From Elusimicrobiota bacterium (GTDB lineage Bacteria > Elusimicrobiota > Endomicrobiia > Endomicrobiales > JBDRNC01), in the NCBI GenBank assembly GCA_043811535.1, contig JBDRNC010000013.1:1-25708 (forward strand): 25,708 bases of DNA, written 5' to 3'. Shown here one piece after another: positions 16,564 to 23,546 of the stretch; position 1 is the stretch's first letter; each line of letters opens with the position of its first letter. The notes beneath the pieces are model-generated. The model did not search any database and was not told the origin of the DNA. It saw only the letters and a program-made list of their open reading frames with translations. Both the position numbers and the translations under genes were made by a program.

Positions 16564-17055
16564 ATGATCAATTATGAATTGGCTGAGGAGTACAAGGAAG
16601 GAACGATTAAGGACCTGCTTGTCAGGAGTTACGCCGAGTTGCTGGAATTTGACCCGGAACACTGGGAACCGGAAAAGAAGAAGTGGGTCGCGTTTGACGC
16701 CGCGATATACGCCAACCCCGACACCGTCGGCCAGTGCGTCTTTGTCATGCTGAACGATTGGAAGATTATCGGGTTCGCTTCCTACGACCCCAGGCAGAAG
16801 CCCGTCGCGATAATCGGACACAACTGCATCCTTCCGGAGTTCAGGGGGAAAGGATTCGGGGCTATGCAGATGAACGAACTGCTCGAGAAGGTCAAGAAGC
16901 TGGGATTTAAGAAGGCCGAGGTTACCACGAACGAGAATCCTTTCTTTGAACCCGCCAAGAAAATGTACCTGAAATGCGGTTTCTTCCTTTCGGACATGAT
17001 AATAGGCGGCCCCGAAGGTAAATACAAGATGATTAAACTTGTAAAAGATCTATAA
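16564..17055 (+). CDS. GNAT family N-acetyltransferase
   Basis: IIGFASYDPR, IGHNCILPEFRGKGFG (acetyl-CoA motif A), PAKKMYLKCGF; GGAGG RBS. Confidence 0.85.
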   Translation: MINYELAEEYKEGTIKDLLVRSYAELLEFDPEHWEPEKKKWVAFDAAIYANPDTVGQCVFVMLNDWKIIGFASYDPRQKPVAIIGHNCILPEFRGKGFGAMQMNELLEKVKKLGFKKAEVTTNENPFFEPAKKMYLKCGFFLSDMIIGGPEGKYKMIKLVKDL

Positions 17056-17158
17056 GACAGTACCTAGTGACTGGTGACTAGTGACTAGGAACGACTCACA
17101 ACTCACTACTAACTACTCATCACCCATCACTCATAACTGTCTCTCCCGCTTCCATCTT
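17055..17158. repeat. Converging heptamer arrays enclosed by AGACAGT...ACTGTCT
   Basis: AGACAGT (17055), GTGACTG/GTGACTA units, then ACTCACA/ACTCACT/ACTAACT/ACTCATC/ACCCATC/ACTCATA, then ACTGTCT (17136). Confidence 0.8.
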
Positions 17159-17218
17159 GTTGGACCGCTTCCATATTGGTACTGGCGAAAACTATCCGCT
17201 AAATGCTAAAATACCCGC

Positions 17219-17292
17219 TTGACAAATCCCATGTTTTATGTTAACCTCATTGTACGCGGTTAACGTATGTTAACCAATATATTATGGTTAAC
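17219..17292 (+). promoter_or_regulatory. Sigma70-type promoter with four GTTAAC operator candidates
   Basis: TTGACA (17219) - 17 nt - TAACCT (17242) with TGn extension; GTTAAC at 17240, 17259, 17269, 17287. Confidence 0.75.
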
Positions 17293-17323
17293 ATAATAAT
17301 AATTGCTTTAAAATACAGGTGAA

Positions 17324-17584
17324 ATGATGAAAAACAAGGACTATATCACTATCCCGGAATTAGCTAAGCTGCTTGGAATAAGCAGGATCGCCGTTTACAA
17401 AAAAGTGAAATCCGGCAAAATAAAGGCCGCAAAGGTAGGGCGTAATTTCGCTATTCCGGCCAGCCAGGCTGACGGTCTGCTTGGCGGCGCTTTGAAAGAA
17501 AAAGACAAGCAGGAAATCGAGCTGGCCGTCAAAAAAGTAGTGAAAGAATACGGCGAGACCCTGAAACTGCTGGGCAACGGATAA
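17324..17584 (+). CDS. Excisionase-type HTH protein, probable antitoxin
   Basis: YITIPELAKLLGISRIAVYKKVKSGKIKAAKVGRNFAI (HTH_17-like) plus C-terminal helix VVKEYGETLKLLG; directly upstream of Doc. Confidence 0.8.
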   Translation: MMKNKDYITIPELAKLLGISRIAVYKKVKSGKIKAAKVGRNFAIPASQADGLLGGALKEKDKQEIELAVKKVVKEYGETLKLLGNG

Positions 17585-17586
17585 CA

Positions 17587-18003
17587 ATGGAAAAATTATC
17601 GGTCCAGGAAGTGGAGTACGAAGCCTTCAAGCTGGCTCGCGAGATCATGTCCTTTGCCGAGCCGATACCTGATTTCTCTACGCGTTTCCCGAACATCCTT
17701 GAAAGCTGCCTTGCCACGCCGTTCCAGTCGTTCTCCGGCAAGACGTTTTATTCCGGCATAATATCAAAAGCCGCGATCCTGTTTTATCTGATGATAAAAA
17801 ATCATCCTTTCCAGAACGGCAACAAAAGAATCGCGGTAACGACGCTTCTTTACTTCCTGTACAAGAACGGAAAATGGATAAAGGTTGACGCGAAAGAGCT
17901 CTATGAATTCGCGATGTGGGTGACTAACAGCAACAGCAGGTTCAAAAAAGAAATAGTGACGGTCGTGGAAAAATTCATAAAGTTCCATATTGTCGACCGG
18001 TGA
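17587..18003 (+). CDS. doc: Death-on-curing (Doc/Fic) family toxin
   Basis: LESCLATPFQSF...KAAILFYLMIKNHPFQNGNKRIA (HPFxxGNKR motif). Confidence 0.9.
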   Translation: MEKLSVQEVEYEAFKLAREIMSFAEPIPDFSTRFPNILESCLATPFQSFSGKTFYSGIISKAAILFYLMIKNHPFQNGNKRIAVTTLLYFLYKNGKWIKVDAKELYEFAMWVTNSNSRFKKEIVTVVEKFIKFHIVDR

Positions 18004-18087
18004 AGGCGGGCAATAAGTAGTATTACCAACTTCCTCCCCCTATCCTGCAAGCGGGGAGGGAATAGGCGGTCAAATAAAGGAATAACA

Positions 18088-20109
18088 ATGAAAAAAACTA
18101 TCACGCTGTTCTTAATGCTTGTTATTGCCGTGTCCGCGTCCGCTTTCGCGGCCGGCGGCAAAAAAGGAAGGGTGCAGATAAAGGACGGATGGTTCTATGT
18201 TGACGGCGAGAAATTCTTCGTCAAGGGCATGTGCTATTTCGAGCACCACGGTATAGACGGAAAATTAGTGAAGAATTCCCCCGAGATGACGGACTACGAT
18301 TTCAGGATGATAAAGGAAGCGGGGTTCAACACCATAAAGTCGGCGCTGACCGCGGAACAGATAGAGATTGCGCGCAAACACGGGCTGATGGTGGTCAACC
18401 CGGCCACGATGTCGTGTTTTACGGAGGACTACGTAAGTCCTGCCCAGCTGAAAATGTTCAGGCAGCAGATAGATGATTTCATCGGTTATTCAAAAAAATA
18501 CGACAACATCCTTTACTACTGCATGGACAACGAGCCCGCGATATACCCGCTTTACTACACCAACGCCGAGAAAAAAATGGAGAATTTCTGGCGCGCGTGC
18601 GACAACCGCGTCAATGAACTCCGGCCGGGCGCCCGCACGAGCGTGCAGATGATGCCGCCGACGGCCTTCGCCGACGTCTCGATGACGGACGTGGCCTCGC
18701 TGAACCTTTACCCGTTCAATCCGGCGGCCAACTCAATAGATTACACAGCGTACGCCGGCTGGTACCGCCGCGCGCACGCCGGGAACAGGCCCTTTATGAT
18801 AAGCGAGTACGGCTGGACCGAAAACGTCAAGGAGTTCGGCCCGTGGATGATGCAGTTGCTGGACGACCAGATAAAGGCGGGCGCTTCGGGCTCGTATCTT
18901 TTCATCTGGCACGCGTGGTCAAAGGAAAAGGAGAACGACAATTGGTGGTGGGGCATCGTGCCCAACAACGGCAAGGCAGGCGATTACAAAAACACGCCGA
19001 GGCCGATATACTACGATTACCAGAAATACTTCGAAGCGGTCGCGATAGAGCCGAAAGCGCGCGGGGTTTACGCGAATAAACTTCCGTTTGAAATATACGG
19101 GACGGAGAAGACGGGTTCGGTCAGCGCGATTTTCGGCGGCAGGACCATCCACTTGAAAAAGAAAGGCAAGTACTGGTGGGTGGGCGAAGCCGCGCTCGGG
19201 CCGGAGGACTACAGGTTCGCGTCTGTGGACATAGAGGCGAAGAATGCCTCGGGCAATCTGCTTGTCAGGAAAAACATACCGGTAGTCCTACGGGATACGA
19301 AAAGAACAATGACGGTAAAGATAGCGCGCGGCAAAAAAAATCTGACGCAGGGAGACACCTACGAGGCGAAGATAACAGTCACGGACGAGCGGGGAAAGAG
19401 GGTCTCCGGCGCGCCGCTTAAGATAGGCGTGAACCAGAGCGCGGACGATCCGTGGTCAAGCATGCCGTACAGGGGCGAGACGGACAAAGACGGAGAGTAC
19501 ACCTTTAAATTCCCGAACGTGCTTGCGGGATATTTCCACCTGATGGCCGGCGTGGACCCGGCGTTGTTTGAATTTGAGACCTTTGCCGACGTTGACATAC
19601 TGAGGGTTGAGATGAAGGAGATCGCCGGCTCGGGCGAGGATACGGTTGTCATAAACGACATGGGCGTGCCCGGCATGTGGAAAACCGCTTACGACAACGG
19701 TTCAAAGATATCCCTGTCGCGCGTGATTTACGCTACCGGAAAGGGCGTTGAAATCTCCTACGACCTGGGCCCCGGGAAATGGGTCAGCATTGACGAGTGC
19801 CTGTGGCGGAACTTGAGCAAATTCAAAGGAATCAGGTTTATCATGAAAGATAAGAACGTCAAGGACAGAATAGAAGTGAAACTTATAGATAAGGACGGCT
19901 CTAACTTCATTACCTTCCTTGACAAGCGCAGCAAAAACTGGAATTGGGCAGATGCCGAAATAGCGTTCGCCGACCTTCAATACGGATGGGGAGGCAACGA
20001 CAAGCTTAACCTGTCGGACGCGAAGCTCAGTTTCGCCGTTTCGCGCGAGGGAGACAAAAAATACGGCCCCGGCAAACTGACGATAGGAAGAATAGAAGCG
20101 TATAAGTAG
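18088..20109 (+). CDS. Secreted clan GH-A (GH2-like TIM barrel) glycoside hydrolase with Ig-like and C-terminal CBM11-like domains
   Basis: Signal peptide; FYVDGEKFFVKG, IKEAGFNTI, DNEP (acid/base), MISEYGW (nucleophile); GETDKDGEYTF Ig-like; C-terminal YDLGPGKWVSI...NLSKFKGIRF...IEVKLIDKDG...GKLTIGRIE. Confidence 0.8.
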   Translation: MKKTITLFLMLVIAVSASAFAAGGKKGRVQIKDGWFYVDGEKFFVKGMCYFEHHGIDGKLVKNSPEMTDYDFRMIKEAGFNTIKSALTAEQIEIARKHGLMVVNPATMSCFTEDYVSPAQLKMFRQQIDDFIGYSKKYDNILYYCMDNEPAIYPLYYTNAEKKMENFWRACDNRVNELRPGARTSVQMMPPTAFADVSMTDVASLNLYPFNPAANSIDYTAYAGWYRRAHAGNRPFMISEYGWTENVKEFGPWMMQLLDDQIKAGASGSYLFIWHAWSKEKENDNWWWGIVPNNGKAGDYKNTPRPIYYDYQKYFEAVAIEPKARGVYANKLPFEIYGTEKTGSVSAIFGGRTIHLKKKGKYWWVGEAALGPEDYRFASVDIEAKNASGNLLVRKNIPVVLRDTKRTMTVKIARGKKNLTQGDTYEAKITVTDERGKRVSGAPLKIGVNQSADDPWSSMPYRGETDKDGEYTFKFPNVLAGYFHLMAGVDPALFEFETFADVDILRVEMKEIAGSGEDTVVINDMGVPGMWKTAYDNGSKISLSRVIYATGKGVEISYDLGPGKWVSIDECLWRNLSKFKGIRFIMKDKNVKDRIEVKLIDKDGSNFITFLDKRSKNWNWADAEIAFADLQYGWGGNDKLNLSDAKLSFAVSREGDKKYGPGKLTIGRIEAYK

Positions 20110-20110
20110 T

Positions 20111-20265
20111 TAAAAGATTGAAAGATTGGAAAGATTAAAAGATTGACTACTTAAATATCCCCCTATTTCACTTCCGAAGTGGCGGAGACTCTTCGGAAGT
20201 GGAGGTGGCGGGGAAACAGGGGGATTTGAAAATCTCCCCTAACCCATCCTTAAAAAGGAGGGGGA
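20111..20265. repeat. Octamer linker followed by nested hairpins and a REP-like hairpin
   Basis: AAAGATT x4 (20111-20146). Outer ATCCCCCTATTTC (20157) / GAAACAGGGGGAT (20213-20225) encloses CACTTCCGAAG / CTTCGGAAGTG. Then TCCCCT...AGGGGGA, which also supplies the next RBS. Confidence 0.8.
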
Positions 20266-21771
20266 ATGGATGGTAAACTTATGAAAAAAATATTGATCGC
20301 GGTTGGAATCATACTGTCGCAATGTGCTTTTCTATATGCCCAGGGAAAAGATGATTTTCTCAATATCAGGCTCGATAATAGAGGGCCGTACCTTATTTTG
20401 GTGACTGAACCCGCCGGCAAAGAGTATTCTAAAGCCGTTCTTCTTGCAAAGAAACTGCATCCGGAAGCAATACTTAAAACTGTTTCAAAAGACGATATTA
20501 CTTCAGTTAAAGAACTACTTCATAACGTCAAACCTTATTATATCCTGTGGATAATGAAACCCGGCGAACTGGACGCGAATTTTCAATGGCAGTGGCTGAA
20601 ACTGGTTTGTGAATTGGACGAAGATCCTTTTGCTGATGCGCGAACAGGATTTATTACGGGCGAATCTCCGAAAGCGGCGGCGAAATTCATGAACAACATC
20701 ATTAATGCCGTGAACGGGAAACAAAAATTACCGGCAGTTATAATAGATAACTTCGGTCCGAATACGATGGTCGGGAAGTACGATTTTAACAAGTTTCCTG
20801 TATGCAGCATACTGCCTGCCTTGTCGGAAAAATGGCCCGCTTCGTCCATTTCCCACGGAACGGAAGGTTTTGACGATTCCAGATTAAGCTCCATGGACGG
20901 CGCCGGAATCGTCCATTTTGGAGGACACGGACACCCTGACCGTATTGATGACGGCCTTACCGGCGCTCAGGTCCGAAAGCTGAAACTTTCTCCTTCGGTT
21001 GTATTTAACGGCGCCTGCTATACCGGTGTTACCGGCACGTGGTTTGATATCATGACCGGTAAAGTAAAACAAAAATACATGCAAGCGGAAAAGTGTTTTT
21101 GTCTTAGAATTTTAAACAGCACGGTAATAGGTTATCTTGCCGCTCTTCATCCGGACCACGGTATCCCGGTTTATCAGGAAATGGAATACATGGCATATAC
21201 AGGAGAATCACTGGGCAACGTGATTAAAAGGAGTTACGACAGTGTCGTATTGGCTTCCGGCGGGAAGAAACCCGATTTTGAGCTTCTCTCCGAAGGAATG
21301 CTTTCCGATCGTAATCCAGCCAATATCATGATGCGCGGGACAGCTTCAAGAGTGCTTTTCGGCGATCCCGCTTTAATTGTTACCGATCCAATCACGGAAC
21401 CGCCCTTTATTATAGAATTTAACAACAAAACGAAATCTAGAATAATGTTAAAGGCTATTCTAAAGAATGCCCGGTTAATGTCCAGTTATACCGATACCTT
21501 TTATTCCGATATGTCTGACACAAAGCAATTCAATGACCGTGCGTTGATAGATTTTGTTTTGCCAATAGAATGGGATTCCATTGGCTCGTTGAAAGTGATT
21601 GACGTGACGGCCGGTGATAAACATCCCGCTTTTAAATTGATTGGATATTCGGTAGAAAAAGACGGCGAAAATAATATACTGCACGTTCAAGTTGATTTGA
21701 CTTCGGAAGGTTTCATGAGCTCTTCTTTCCGCAGTGAAGGGTCAGAAGTAGAACTTCTAATTCTAAGATAA
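20266..21771 (+). CDS. Secreted C25 (gingipain)/caspase-fold peptidase-like protein
   Basis: Signal peptide from M at 20281 (alternative start); DEDPFADARTGFITG; IVHFGGHGHP and VVFNGACYTG give the His-Cys dyad context of clan CD. Confidence 0.65.
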   Translation: MDGKLMKKILIAVGIILSQCAFLYAQGKDDFLNIRLDNRGPYLILVTEPAGKEYSKAVLLAKKLHPEAILKTVSKDDITSVKELLHNVKPYYILWIMKPGELDANFQWQWLKLVCELDEDPFADARTGFITGESPKAAAKFMNNIINAVNGKQKLPAVIIDNFGPNTMVGKYDFNKFPVCSILPALSEKWPASSISHGTEGFDDSRLSSMDGAGIVHFGGHGHPDRIDDGLTGAQVRKLKLSPSVVFNGACYTGVTGTWFDIMTGKVKQKYMQAEKCFCLRILNSTVIGYLAALHPDHGIPVYQEMEYMAYTGESLGNVIKRSYDSVVLASGGKKPDFELLSEGMLSDRNPANIMMRGTASRVLFGDPALIVTDPITEPPFIIEFNNKTKSRIMLKAILKNARLMSSYTDTFYSDMSDTKQFNDRALIDFVLPIEWDSIGSLKVIDVTAGDKHPAFKLIGYSVEKDGENNILHVQVDLTSEGFMSSSFRSEGSEVELLILR

Positions 21772-21780
21772 AACATTAAA

Positions 21781-23343
21781 ATGGAAAAACGGAATCCATT
21801 ATTTACGTTGTTGGAATACGCGGCTATCATACTTTTCGCGTATATTTTTGTGAACCCGTACTATCTTTTTCCGGACGGGCAGGGGTACTTTTCCTACCTG
21901 CCGTCGCTTTTCCACGACGGCGACCTGCAGTTGTTCAACGATTTCGCCGGCATGAGGATACCGGTGCCGCTCGCGCTCAGTCCCACGGGCTACATCAGCA
22001 ACAACTGGCCTGTCGGCGCCGCGTTTTTCTGGTCGCCGTTCTACCTGGCCGGAAAACTCTTCGCCGATATCGGGACCTCGCAGTACAACACCTGGTACTG
22101 GTTCTGGGTGAACTTCGGCACGGTATTCTACGGCATGCTGGCGGCGTACCTGCTGCTGAAAATCCTTGAGAGCGCCGGCTGCAAGGGCAAACAATGTATC
22201 CTGCTGGCGGCGCTGGCGTTTTTCGGGACGCCGGCTTTCTATTATTCTTTCATCATCACCGCCAACGCGCACGGCATAACGGCATTCGCTTCGGCGCTGT
22301 TTATCTGGTACTGGCTCTATTCATTCAAGGATTTTGAAAAGCCGTGGCGCTACGCGCTGCTGGGGCTTCTGCTCGGCGCGACGGCGATGGTCAGGCCCCA
22401 GGAGGCGCTGTTCGGGCTCGCGCCCGCGGCGGAGCTTGTCGCGAGAGCAGTCAGGCGCGAATTGGATGTTAAAAAGATTTTGAAGTATTCGGGGCTGCTA
22501 GGCGTCTGTTTCATAGCGGGGATATCGCCGCAGCTGCTGGCATGGAAGATAATCAACGGCTCGTTTTTCGCCGCGCCGGCTAAGTTCAATCTTTCGTGGA
22601 GTTATTTCGCGCTTGATAAAATACTGTTCTCCACGTACCACGGGATTTTTTTCTGGACGCCGGTTTACATTATCGCTTTTGCCGGTTTGATAGCGGGGAC
22701 AGTGAAGAAACCGCTGGTGTATGCCGGGCTGCTGCTGGTATTTCTCGGACAGACGCTGGTGAATTCCTGCTGTGTCGCGTTCTGGGAGGGGCACTCTTTC
22801 GGATTGAGGCAGATGACAAGCCTGCTTCCGGTCGCCGCGCTGGGATTATTGGAATTCACGAAGCTCTTTGAAGGCAAGGCGAAAGGCATCAGGATAGCCG
22901 GCTGGATATTGGTATCGGTTCCGGTTCTCTGGACGGCGGGGCTCCTTGCGGGAAACTATTTCGGACTGGACCTGCTCGGGTATCTGTCTTTCAATGACCT
23001 GCTCATCGCGCAGAAAAATGTTCTGAAAGGAATCTTCTTTCTTCCCGGGAAAATAGCGGCCATACCGCGCCCCGCGTTCGGCGGCTTCATCGCGATGGCA
23101 GTGACAGGCGGGGTCTTGCTGTTCGCCGCGTCGCGGATCAAGAACCTTATTGAGAGGAAAAAATTAAAAGTCGCGGGCGCGGTATTATTGGCAATAATCG
23201 TTTCATTTAATATAATTATAATCAGGGCGGCGCTGAATAAGCCGCCGTATCAGATCCCGAAAGAGCAGACGGTCACGCAGGAAGAGCTTGACGGGTTTTT
23301 CATGAAGCAGGTTGAAGAGATAAAGAAGACATTAAAAGATTGA
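21781..23343 (+). CDS. Polytopic GT-C-like (PMT/ArnT-type) glycosyltransferase
   Basis: About 12 TM segments; first loop DGQGYFSYLPSLFHDGDLQLFND, WPVGAAFFWSPF, AMVRPQ, LFSTYHGIFFWTP, WEGHSFGLRQM. Confidence 0.75.
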   Translation: MEKRNPLFTLLEYAAIILFAYIFVNPYYLFPDGQGYFSYLPSLFHDGDLQLFNDFAGMRIPVPLALSPTGYISNNWPVGAAFFWSPFYLAGKLFADIGTSQYNTWYWFWVNFGTVFYGMLAAYLLLKILESAGCKGKQCILLAALAFFGTPAFYYSFIITANAHGITAFASALFIWYWLYSFKDFEKPWRYALLGLLLGATAMVRPQEALFGLAPAAELVARAVRRELDVKKILKYSGLLGVCFIAGISPQLLAWKIINGSFFAAPAKFNLSWSYFALDKILFSTYHGIFFWTPVYIIAFAGLIAGTVKKPLVYAGLLLVFLGQTLVNSCCVAFWEGHSFGLRQMTSLLPVAALGLLEFTKLFEGKAKGIRIAGWILVSVPVLWTAGLLAGNYFGLDLLGYLSFNDLLIAQKNVLKGIFFLPGKIAAIPRPAFGGFIAMAVTGGVLLFAASRIKNLIERKKLKVAGAVLLAIIVSFNIIIIRAALNKPPYQIPKEQTVTQEELDGFFMKQVEEIKKTLKD

Positions 23344-23358
23344 AAGATTACGAATGAC

Positions 23359-23531
23359 GTCATCGCAAGGAGGTCGCCGCGGCTTTTGTCATTGCGAGGA
23401 GCGGAGCGACGAAGCAATCTGACCCTTTAGGGTCACTGCGAGGTCACTTTAGTGACCGTGGCAGTCTCGGTATCTGGGATTGCCGCGCCCTACGGGCTCG
23501 CAATGACGACTAACAACGTGCTCGCAATGAC
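23359..23531. repeat. GTCATTGCGAG-family palindromic (REP/RPE-like) cluster
   Basis: Three forward heads (GTCATCGCAAGG 23359, GTCATTGCGAGG 23388, GTCACTGCGAGG 23432), two inverted tails CTCGCAATGAC (23497, 23521), inner GCAATC / GATTGC. Confidence 0.85.
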
Positions 23532-23546
23532 AGAACAGGCAACAAC

